From NCBI RefSeq assembly GCF_001465295.1, contig NZ_CP011035.1, positions 120,001 through 152,000 on the forward strand: a DNA stretch of 32,000 bases, read 5' to 3'. Below are positions 1 through 7,563 of this stretch, piece after piece (within the stretch, counting starts at the first letter, position 1; every line of letters starts with the position of its first letter). Made by a program: the position numbers and the translations under genes. The DNA comes from Pseudoalteromonas translucida KMM 520. Lineage in GTDB: Bacteria; Pseudomonadota; Gammaproteobacteria; Enterobacterales; Alteromonadaceae. The notes below the pieces were generated by a model, which was not told the DNA's origin, did no database searches, and saw only the letters and a list, made by a program, of their open reading frames with translations.

Positions 1-52
1 ACCTACTATGCAAAATTAAGCTTTAGCTTTTAATATTTAGCTAAACAGTAAC

Positions 53-81
53 AAGCGCAGTTATTTACTGCGCTTTTTTTT
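53..81 (+). terminator. Rho-independent terminator for a + strand gene lying upstream of the window
   Basis: 8-bp stem AAGCGCAG (53-60) / CTGCGCTT (68-75) with a 7-nt loop, running into a T-run at 74-81. Confidence 0.75.
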
Positions 82-245
82 GCCTTAATTTTATACTAAT
101 AAGGGCAGTGAAATAGGGGGAAAGGGGGGGTGACATATTTTTTAAATAGCGCTTTAAATCACTTGCAAGCTTGTAAATTAAGCATACAATCGCCACTTAT
201 AAGTAACATACAATCTATTTTATAATTAGTTGGTTTATAGGAAAA

Positions 246-449
246 ATGATGACTAAAAAATCGAAAACAAAAACGGCCACTAACAGCGCCGTAGATACTG
301 GCCGCGGTGTTATAAGGCACAATGCGTTGGCTGCACTGGTTACCTCTAAAGTGTTTAAACCACAAGTGGTTAAAGCTAAAAAAGGTAAAGGCTCTTTTAA
401 GCGCAGCAACAAGCATTCAGGACAAGAGTCCTATTTAATCGCCGCTTAA
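246..449 (+). CDS. arfA: Alternative ribosome-rescue factor ArfA (YhdL family)
   Basis: 67-aa ORF with an AGGA-type RBS just upstream (tttatAGGAAAAATG). The segment GVIRHNALAALVTSKVFKPQVVKAKKGKGSFKRSNKH aligns with my recollection of E. coli ArfA ([34 protein letters not shown]), including the KKGKGS(Y/F) core. The protein is small and basic. Confidence 0.7.
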   Translation: MMTKKSKTKTATNSAVDTGRGVIRHNALAALVTSKVFKPQVVKAKKGKGSFKRSNKHSGQESYLIAA

Positions 450-469
450 ATAGCTGTGATCAAATAGGG
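419..469 (+). promoter_or_regulatory. Stem-loops covering the 3' end and stop codon of arfA
   Basis: Hairpin 1: AGGAC (419-423) / GTCCT (428-432). Hairpin 2: CTATTTAA (431-438) / TTAAATAG (446-453), whose right arm contains the TAA stop at 447-449. Alternative pairing: CCTATTT (430-436) with AAATAGG (462-468), followed by GCTTTT. Confidence 0.45.
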
Positions 470-562
470 CTTTTAGTTAAAAATTAGGTGCTAGATAGGT
501 TAAACAAATACTTTGGCTTTCAAAGCTAATCACTACCTAAGCTTGCTCTACCCCGCAAAATG

Positions 563-601
563 AAAAAGCGGACTGACAGCCCAAATGGCCGACAGTCCGC
601 T
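563..601 (-). terminator. Rho-independent terminator of the cupin-VOC operon
   Basis: 9-bp stem AGCGGACTG (567-575) / CAGTCCGCT (593-601). It extends imperfectly into the loop. The A-run at 563-567 becomes a U-run on the minus-strand transcript. It lies about 40 nt past the VOC stop codon. Confidence 0.8.
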
Positions 602-641
602 GTTATCATAACATAGGAGCTTGATGCTCAAATACTAGACG

Positions 642-1025
642 TTATGCTGCTTTAAAACAGTATACTGCAAGTTTGTTACCGTCTAAATCACGAGTATAAG
701 CAGCGTAGGCATTTGGAGCCCAACCGCGAGTACCCGGTGCGCCTTCATCAGGGCAACCTGCAGCTAAAGCCGCAGCATGGAAAGCATCTATTGATGCACG
801 ATCAGGTGCTTCAAAGCTAAGCATAGTGCCGTTACCCATAGTTGCAGGCTGGCCGTTGGCAGGTTTTAGTACAAAGAAAGACGGTGCGTCTACGCCCCAA
901 ATTGAACCATTGTCATCTAAATCTGCAATGCGCTTAAGACCAATAATACTTAATACGTTGTCGTAAAAGGCGCGAGCCTTGTTTAAATCGTTTGTGCCTA
1001 CTGTTGTATGTGTGTATATACTCAT
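642..1025 (-). CDS. VOC-family protein (glyoxalase/bleomycin-resistance/dioxygenase fold)
   Basis: 127 aa. The N-terminus MSIYTHTTVGTNDLNKARAFYDNVL and the overall length are typical of single-domain VOC proteins. It sits 28 nt downstream of the cupin gene, so it is probably co-transcribed. Confidence 0.8.
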   Translation of the reverse strand: MSIYTHTTVGTNDLNKARAFYDNVLSIIGLKRIADLDDNGSIWGVDAPSFFVLKPANGQPATMGNGTMLSFEAPDRASIDAFHAAALAAGCPDEGAPGTRGWAPNAYAAYTRDLDGNKLAVYCFKAA

Positions 1026-1053
1026 AGTGTATTCTCCGAAAATTTAATAAAAT

Positions 1054-1458
1054 TTATTTAGGTGTAAACATGCTATCTGCAGTGCGGTGTGCGGTATAAA
1101 CGGCTTCACCATCACTTTGAGCATCAAATATAACGGTAACATTAGGCGTGAAAAGTACAACGTCGCCTACTTCTGCTACATATTTATTGCCTTGTAAATC
1201 GCGCATCACAATTTTGCCTTTAGTGATTACTTTGTATTCTACAAATTCATAAACAAATTCGAATTCAACGCCAGGCTGCATAGCAAAAAAACCAACCGTT
1301 AAGCCGTTTGAGTTATCGGTGACTGTCAGCTCTGCCATCTGACTTTTTAAATCTTTAACTTCAAGCAAGCCCGCAAGATCGTTAAGTTTATAAGTGCCCG
1401 CTTTAAATAATTGAATGCTTGGCTCTTGAGCAAGTTTAGTGGTAACAGATTGAGTCAT
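1054..1458 (-). CDS. Cupin-domain protein, EutQ-like
   Basis: 134 aa. The core FEFVYEFVEYKVITKGKIVMRDLQGNKYVAEVGDVVLFTPNVTVIF follows the EutQ-type cupin pattern (YDE..YV..G.......G......GD..FIP.G..I.F). Confidence 0.65.
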   Translation of the reverse strand: MTQSVTTKLAQEPSIQLFKAGTYKLNDLAGLLEVKDLKSQMAELTVTDNSNGLTVGFFAMQPGVEFEFVYEFVEYKVITKGKIVMRDLQGNKYVAEVGDVVLFTPNVTVIFDAQSDGEAVYTAHRTADSMFTPK

Positions 1459-1922
1459 TATTGTGATCCTAATATGCTGTACTGAAACATCAGTATCTAT
1501 AAATTATGTGTTTTGTTTTAATGCTTAGCGTCAGTGCATTGCTGCTGTTTGACCCATGAGCCGTACTTTACATTGTTTATCACAAATGATAACCGGCATA
1601 AAAATCAAATAACTTTTACCTAGTGGTAACAATGTAGAAAAATTAAAGGTGGGGGAATAAATAGGTTAACGGTAATAAATTAAATATCAGCAAAGGCTCG
1701 CCAAGTAAGATATTGATAGTGGTAGGTAGAAATTTATTGGTGTGTGTTTGCGGTTACCAGCACACCAAACTGCGGTGCGGGCAGGCGGTGCGCGGTAGAG
1801 CTGGCATGAAATTAAAGCTTAATAAAAAAGCACGATGTAAAAATCGCACTTACAAGTAAACCCAAACACCGAGCTTGGCTAATCTCTACCTAAAACTTGA
1901 GACCTAAAGCCAGTACTTTCCC

Positions 1923-2936
1923 TTAAATTTTTGTTGTTGAATCTCGCACTAAAAGTTCGGGAGTGTAGTGCTTTATAATATCGCGGGTGTCGCCATTGCG
2001 AATTTGTGCAATGAGTAAGTTAGCGGCATCTTCGGCTATTTTATTATTAGGTTGATCTGCTGTAGTGAGCTTTGGCCAAGTTTGACGCGAAAACGGGCTG
2101 TTTTCAAACCCGGTAATAGAGAGCTGCTTAGGTACGTCAATATCCATTAATCGCGCAGCAAATAATGCACCAGCGGCTATTTCATCATTACAAGAGACTA
2201 TGGCAGTGGGTTTGTTTGTTTGATTTATTAATGTAGTAGCCCCAGCAACACCTGAGTCGAACGAATACTCACCGGCAATAATAAGGTGTGGATCTAGGGC
2301 AATATTGTATTGCTTGAGAGCTGCTTTGTATCCCTCTAACCGCTCAGTTGTTGAGTTATGCTCAGCTCCCCCAGCTAAAAAGCCGATTTTATTATGACCA
2401 TTATTGATTAAGTGTTCGGTAATTGCTTTTGAGGCAAGATTATCGTCAATCATAATGCAGGGAGTTAATGTATCTGGGGCGCTGTGCCCTGAAAGAATAC
2501 GCACAATTTTAATATCAAGTTGAGTTAGTTGCTCAACAAAGTTAGGCATTTCTGAAAAGGGGGGGGTGAGAATAATGCCGGCAATACGCGTACGTTTTAC
2601 CATGCTGGTAACTTCGTTAATTATATCGACTTCTTTTGCATCGCATGGATGTATAAGTAGTTCAAAGCCTTGTTTTTTACATGCATTTAATATCCCTCTT
2701 TGCATGTCAATAATATAGTAAGCATTAGGATTATCGTATATGTAGGCGATACTATAAGACTTTGTGCCCGCTAAGCTACGCGCTGCTAAATTTGGGTGAT
2801 AGTTTAGCTCACTGACCGATTGCATTACTTTTTCACGCGTGTTCTGACGTACGGAGGCTTCGTTATTCATAACTCGCGATACGGTTTTTATTGATACACC
2901 CGCATGTTTAGCTACGTCGTTTATAGTCGTTTTCAT
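1923..2936 (-). CDS. nagR: LacI-family transcriptional repressor, probable GlcNAc-utilisation regulator NagR
   Basis: 337 aa. The N-terminal HTH TINDVAKHAGVSIKTVSRVMNN...NYHPNLAARSLAG is classic LacI/GalR, and the C-terminus has a sugar-binding fold. The gene is divergent from the hex/nagKBAP genes, which carry palindromic operators with a central CG. Confidence 0.85.
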   Translation of the reverse strand: MKTTINDVAKHAGVSIKTVSRVMNNEASVRQNTREKVMQSVSELNYHPNLAARSLAGTKSYSIAYIYDNPNAYYIIDMQRGILNACKKQGFELLIHPCDAKEVDIINEVTSMVKRTRIAGIILTPPFSEMPNFVEQLTQLDIKIVRILSGHSAPDTLTPCIMIDDNLASKAITEHLINNGHNKIGFLAGGAEHNSTTERLEGYKAALKQYNIALDPHLIIAGEYSFDSGVAGATTLINQTNKPTAIVSCNDEIAAGALFAARLMDIDVPKQLSITGFENSPFSRQTWPKLTTADQPNNKIAEDAANLLIAQIRNGDTRDIIKHYTPELLVRDSTTKI

Positions 2937-2989
2937 ATAGTTAATATACCTTTAAATGCTATTTTTGGTATTGAGTTTATTTGCTTGTA

Positions 2990-3014
2990 CTAGGACCTGT
3001 TGACCTTTGCGGAT
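2990..3014 (-). repeat. Copy A of a ~25-30-nt intergenic motif (partner at 28850-28874)
   Basis: The minus-strand reading ATCCGCAAAGGTCAACAGGTCCTAG matches ATCCGCAAAGATCAACACGCCCTAG at 28850-28874 in 22 of 25 positions by hand alignment. The preceding TTTNA also matches. Confidence 0.55.
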
Positions 3015-3531
3015 TCAAATTTGTTCAAACTAGTGGCGATTTAATCGCGACGCGAGATTTGTAACCTAGTGGGCTCGATAACTGCTCCTGCGTTATTCTA
3101 CTGGCTTACATCCATGTAAGTAAAAAAGAGTCAATTTCCTTTAGGCAGAGCTCTTCGGGCAGCGCATGTTTGGCATTGATGCTGCGTTATCGCCTATTTA
3201 TGGGGAATAACCACACCACATAGACTCTGCCTTGCTTAAATACCAAGCAGACTGCTGTAAATTCAACCTTGAAAGATAAACAGCCCCTAATAGTTATTAG
3301 GCTATTAACAGTACTACGATTATTTTTATAGACGGTTAAATTATAAAGAAATACGCTGAAATTGACAGCTAATTTGCATACGGCACTGATTATTAATTAT
3401 GCTACTTGATAGTTTAAATACCTTTTAATACAAGATGATAATGTTTTTTTAAAGCTTCGATGTGAATTTATTGTGTATATTATGTGTTTGTATGTAGCTA
3501 TAAAAATAAAAACACGGTAAAGTCACTCACA

Positions 3532-3549
3532 AATGACAGCGTTGTCATG
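3532..3549. promoter_or_regulatory. Palindromic LacI-type operator (putative NagR site) upstream of hex
   Basis: AATGACAGCGTTGTCATG. The 16-bp core ATGACAGCGTTGTCAT is the exact reverse complement of the core at 6529-6544. It is a near-perfect palindrome with the central CG typical of LacI-family operators. Confidence 0.75.
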
Positions 3550-3680
3550 AGGTTTTAGTTAATATTACTGTTTTTAGCTCTTTATTACTTTTTTAAAAAG
3601 TAACAAAGTTAAGTTACTGCCAACTTTTAGTTTATTTACTAACCTCTCCTTAAAATTTAATGCATAAAAATCAACATAAA

Positions 3681-3720
3681 CTTATCAATTTAAGGTGTTT
3701 TAATCACCTTAATCGATAAG
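3681..3720 (+). promoter_or_regulatory. Extended hairpin in the hex upstream/leader region
   Basis: CTTATC (3681-3686) / GATAAG (3715-3720) plus TTAAGGTG (3690-3697) / CACCTTAA (3705-3712), with a 7-nt loop. There is no downstream T-run. It ends 56 nt before the hex ATG. Confidence 0.4.
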
Positions 3721-3775
3721 TAATAGGGTATGTTTATTAAGCAGCCTAGTTAGTTACATAAAGTGAGAGAAAAGT

Positions 3776-6469
3776 ATGCCGATAAAATTATTACTCATTT
3801 ACTGCTGTATAGCGTTTGGCATAACAGCCTGTCAAAGCAACACTGAAGATACTGCAAAAATTAAAAAACAGACACTTGAACCTGCCACAAATACTGCAAT
3901 TGACATAATTGCACAAACGTTACAAGTTAAATATCAGCAAAGCGATAACCGCCCGTCTGCAAAGTGTGATCAGCAAATTGCCAATGGCAATTGTTATAAA
4001 GTGAATTTACAGTTAACAGCAAATAATAGTATTAACTATACGCAGTGGAGGGTTTATTTTAGCCAAATAACACCAATTCAAACCGCGATAAGTGATGAGT
4101 TCACTATTAAACACGTTAATGGTGATTTACATGTTATAGAGCTTAGCGAGCAATTTAAGGGTTTTAAAGCCGGCGAAACTAAAACAATTACCTTTTATGC
4201 TGACTTTTGGTCATTATCAGAATCTGATGCAATGCCAAATTATATTGCGGTTAATAATAATGACTATGCGCAAGTTATTAATAGTACCAAAGTAACGCAG
4301 GATGCTGATACAGGGTTAGAAAACCGACCTTATGTTGTGCCGTATACAGATTTAGAGCGTCAATTTAAGCGCACCAAAAATGATAAAACACAATGGTTAA
4401 CCGCTGAGAGTTTATACGAACGTAATAAAAACTATGACTTTACGGCGTTTATAAACAACAAAAACAGCTTAAGTAAGACCATTGCCCAGCAAATTATTCC
4501 TACTCCCACCAAAGCAACCTTTAGTAACACAGCAACACTTGACGTTAGCTCGGGCTTAAATTTTCATTTTAATAATATAAATACAAAATCGGTAGCTGCG
4601 GCAATATCACGTTTTGAGCAGTTAGGAATACAGCAAGTTAAAAGCACAGCGGCTGTTAGTGTTAATTTAGCCTTAGTAGCCGATAGCACTCAGCCAAACG
4701 GCCGTTATACTTTAGCAATTAAGCCAGATGCAATTTATATAGAAGCGGGTGATGAATCGGGCGTATTTTACGCCATTCAAAGCTTGGCGAGTTTATATAA
4801 AATGGGCCAGAGCACACTGCCGGTAGGTACAGTTACCGATCAGCCGCATTACCAGTTTAGAGGTGTTTTAGTTGATGTGGCGCGTAATTTTCGTGATAAA
4901 GAATTTATTTTAAAGCTACTTGATCAAATGGCGGCTTATAAGCTTAATAAATTGCATTTACACTTAGGTGATGATGAAGCGTGGCGCCTAGAAATTCCAT
5001 CGTTGCCAGAGCTTACTGAAATAGGTGCAAAACGTTGTTTTGATACTACAGAGCAGCACTGTTTAATGCCACAATTAGGTGCAGGTGTTGATCCCTCAAG
5101 TAGCGTAAATGGTTATTACTCTGTTGCTGACTATCAACAAATACTTAAAGCAGCGAGTGCGCGGCACATTCAAGTGATCCCTTCGCTAGATATGCCTGGG
5201 CATTCGCGTGCGGCCATTAAAGCGATGACAGCGCGTTATAATTATTACATGCAAAAAGGTGATAAGTTAAAAGCTGAGCAATTTTTGTTACACGATCCCC
5301 TTGATACAACAGTATATTCGTCGGTTCAACATTATAACGATAACACTATTAATGTGTGTTTAGAGTCGTCTTATGCGTTTATAGCTGAGGTAATGCAACA
5401 AGTAAAAAATATTCACCATGAAGCGCAGCATCCATTAACTCGCTACCATATTGGTGCCGATGAAACCGCAGGTGCTTGGGTATCATCTGTGGCTTGTAAT
5501 ACTTTTATTAAAGAAAATACCTTAGGTATTACCAAAGTATCTCAGTTAGGCAGTCATTTTATAGAACGCATAGCGGGTATGTTAGCGAGTATGGAAATTG
5601 AAACCGCTGCTTGGAGCGACGGCTTATCGCATACAGAACCGCAAAAAATGCCCCCAGTAGTGCAAGCCAATAGTTGGGGATTATTAATGTGGAATGGACA
5701 TCAGCAGGCTCACAATTTTGTAAATCAAAAGTGGCAAGTAGTGCTTTCAACTCCTGACGTTTTATATTTTGATTTTCCTTATGAAGCAGATCCTAAAGAG
5801 CATGGTTATTATTGGGGATCGCGCCAAATTAATAGTGAAAAAGTATTTCAATTTATGCCCGACAACCTGCCTGTGCATGCTGAGTTTTGGTTAGACAGGG
5901 AAGATAACCCTTATGTTGCCGACGATACGTTAAAAGTAAATGAGCAAGGAGGCGTCATTTCAGCTCCGCTGGCTAAAAATAAAGCATTTTTAGGTATACA
6001 GGGACAATTATGGAGCGAAAATATTCGCAGTAATAATATGGCTGAATATAAGCTTTTTCCGCGGTTATTATCCTTAGCTGAGCGGGCATGGCATAACGCG
6101 AATTGGGCTGTACCATACAACCATAATGGCGGTGTTTATAGCCAAAATAGCCATCACTTTACTAAGCAATTAAAGCAACAACGAGATCAACAATGGCTTA
6201 CTTTTGCAGCCACCATGGGCTTAAAAGAGTTTGCTAAATTAGAAGCTGCAAAAGTACATTATCGAATTCCAAGTGTTGGCGCCAAAATTGAGAGCGGCGT
6301 GCTTTATGCCAATATTGCCTTTCCAGGTTTATTACTTGAATACCAAACATTAGACGGTCAATGGCATGATTATAAGCACCCCGTTGCTGTGAATAATGAT
6401 GTATTTGTTAGAGCTAAAGTTGCCTCGGGTATTCGCTATGGGCGCATGTTAAAAGTAACATTTAATTGA
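3776..6469 (+). CDS. hex: Beta-N-acetylhexosaminidase / chitobiase (GH20), lipoprotein
   Basis: 897 aa. It has a signal peptide with a lipobox (CCIAFGITAC) and the GH20 catalytic signature HIGADE (RYHIGADETAG). Size and layout resemble the ~885-aa Vibrio/Serratia chitobiases. Confidence 0.92.
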   Translation: MPIKLLLIYCCIAFGITACQSNTEDTAKIKKQTLEPATNTAIDIIAQTLQVKYQQSDNRPSAKCDQQIANGNCYKVNLQLTANNSINYTQWRVYFSQITPIQTAISDEFTIKHVNGDLHVIELSEQFKGFKAGETKTITFYADFWSLSESDAMPNYIAVNNNDYAQVINSTKVTQDADTGLENRPYVVPYTDLERQFKRTKNDKTQWLTAESLYERNKNYDFTAFINNKNSLSKTIAQQIIPTPTKATFSNTATLDVSSGLNFHFNNINTKSVAAAISRFEQLGIQQVKSTAAVSVNLALVADSTQPNGRYTLAIKPDAIYIEAGDESGVFYAIQSLASLYKMGQSTLPVGTVTDQPHYQFRGVLVDVARNFRDKEFILKLLDQMAAYKLNKLHLHLGDDEAWRLEIPSLPELTEIGAKRCFDTTEQHCLMPQLGAGVDPSSSVNGYYSVADYQQILKAASARHIQVIPSLDMPGHSRAAIKAMTARYNYYMQKGDKLKAEQFLLHDPLDTTVYSSVQHYNDNTINVCLESSYAFIAEVMQQVKNIHHEAQHPLTRYHIGADETAGAWVSSVACNTFIKENTLGITKVSQLGSHFIERIAGMLASMEIETAAWSDGLSHTEPQKMPPVVQANSWGLLMWNGHQQAHNFVNQKWQVVLSTPDVLYFDFPYEADPKEHGYYWGSRQINSEKVFQFMPDNLPVHAEFWLDREDNPYVADDTLKVNEQGGVISAPLAKNKAFLGIQGQLWSENIRSNNMAEYKLFPRLLSLAERAWHNANWAVPYNHNGGVYSQNSHHFTKQLKQQRDQQWLTFAATMGLKEFAKLEAAKVHYRIPSVGAKIESGVLYANIAFPGLLLEYQTLDGQWHDYKHPVAVNNDVFVRAKVASGIRYGRMLKVTFN

Positions 6470-6526
6470 TCCACTGACCTTTTGATTAAAAAGATTACAA
6501 AAAAGTAATGAATATGTAAATAAAGC

Positions 6527-6546
6527 AAATGACAACGCTGTCATTT
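6527..6546. promoter_or_regulatory. Palindromic LacI-type operator (putative NagR site) upstream of nagK
   Basis: AAATGACAACGCTGTCATTT has a single mismatch to perfect dyad symmetry and a central CG. It lies about 85 nt upstream of the nagK ATG. It overlaps a TGACAA hexamer located 18 nt upstream of TATTAT (6554-6559), a possible -35/-10 pair. Confidence 0.78.
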
Positions 6547-6632
6547 GTGTTAGTATTATATTTATTACAATCTAAGAGTCGTTGTTTTATTAAGGTTGAT
6601 TGCAGCGGGATTGAACACAATTAGAGGTGAAA

Positions 6633-7526
6633 ATGTTCACAAGTGGTATTAATAAAAATGAACTTTTTATAGGGATAGATGGCGGCGGAACTAAATGTAA
6701 AGCTGTTATTGTTAACGCTAAAAATGAAGTGTTAGGCAGTGGTATTGCAGGCCCAGGTAATCCTTTACATGGGTTTGAGCAGGCGACTACCTCTATAGAG
6801 CAGTCGGCACGTTTAGCGTTACAAGATGCGGGCTTAACAGATGTTGCGCTATCAGAGTTAATCGCAGGTGTAGGTTTAGCAGGTGTTAATTTACCTAGCT
6901 TATTTGTACAAATGCAGCAATGGCAGCATCCCTTTAAAAACATGCATTTAACCACTGATTTAGTGATTGCCTGTTTAGGCGCTCACCATAGCGAGGAAGG
7001 CGCTGTAATAATTACCGGTACAGGTTCATGTGGCTTTTCATTTGTGAAAAATAAATCATTTATGTTGGGAGGACATGGGTTTCCTCATGGCGATAAAGGC
7101 AGCGGTGCCTGGATTGGTTTTGTTGCCTGCCAGCAGGTATTAATGGCGCTTGATACGTTAACACCACAAACCACTTTAACGAATTTAGTGCAGTCTCATT
7201 TAAAGGTTAATAATACGATGCAAATGGTTGAAGTGATTGCTAATAAGCCAGCCACTTTTTATGCGCAAATAGCAGGGTGTGTTTTTAGCGCTGCAGCAAA
7301 AAATGATGCTATTGCAATAGCGATTATAAAAGATGGTGCAAGTTACATTAGCGATATTGCCCGTAAATTATTAGCACAAACCCCGCCAAGACTTGCATTA
7401 ATTGGCGGCTTATCAGAGGTCATGACGCCTTGGCTAGACGCCGATATACAAAATAAATTATCAGCCCCTTTATCGCCGCCAGAAATTGGTTCGGTACTGT
7501 ATGCCAAACAGCAACAAGTTAAATAA
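6633..7526 (+). CDS. nagK: N-acetylglucosamine kinase (BadF/BadG/BcrA/BcrD ATPase family)
   Basis: It has the phosphate-1 motif IGIDGGGTKCK and is the first gene of the nag operon. I prefer ATG 6633 (AGAGG RBS 5 nt upstream) over the GTG at 6627 used in the ORF track. Confidence 0.82.
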   Translation: MFTSGINKNELFIGIDGGGTKCKAVIVNAKNEVLGSGIAGPGNPLHGFEQATTSIEQSARLALQDAGLTDVALSELIAGVGLAGVNLPSLFVQMQQWQHPFKNMHLTTDLVIACLGAHHSEEGAVIITGTGSCGFSFVKNKSFMLGGHGFPHGDKGSGAWIGFVACQQVLMALDTLTPQTTLTNLVQSHLKVNNTMQMVEVIANKPATFYAQIAGCVFSAAAKNDAIAIAIIKDGASYISDIARKLLAQTPPRLALIGGLSEVMTPWLDADIQNKLSAPLSPPEIGSVLYAKQQQVK

Positions 7527-7563
7527 TTTACGCTTAGGTTAAATACTTAATATAGGATTAATT

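Noticed and set aside
183-215. 9-nt direct repeat CATACAATC (183-191 and 207-215) upstream of arfA
   Set aside because: By a rough estimate, a 9-mer recurring within a few tens of nt is expected several times by chance in 32 kb of AT-rich DNA. No supporting symmetry or second occurrence was found.
159-416. Two minus-strand ORFs (85 and 65 aa) overlapping arfA
   Set aside because: They are antisense to an ORF with a clear family match (ArfA) and a good RBS. Their products are low-complexity with no recognisable features. They are most likely shadow ORFs.
3061-3067. Heptamer GTAACCT present in all three structured intergenic regions (3061, 18597, 28875), with loose similarity between 3061-3100 and 18597-18665
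   Set aside because: A given 7-mer is expected about 4 times in 64 kb (both strands of this window). The extended alignment needs several gaps and I cannot score it by hand. This is not enough to call one repeat family.
6590-6955. Cys-rich 121-aa minus-strand ORF overlapping the start of nagK
   Set aside because: It lies antisense to a well-supported kinase gene and spans the operator/promoter region. It has no RBS and the composition is an artefact of reading the kinase Gly/Ala codons backwards.
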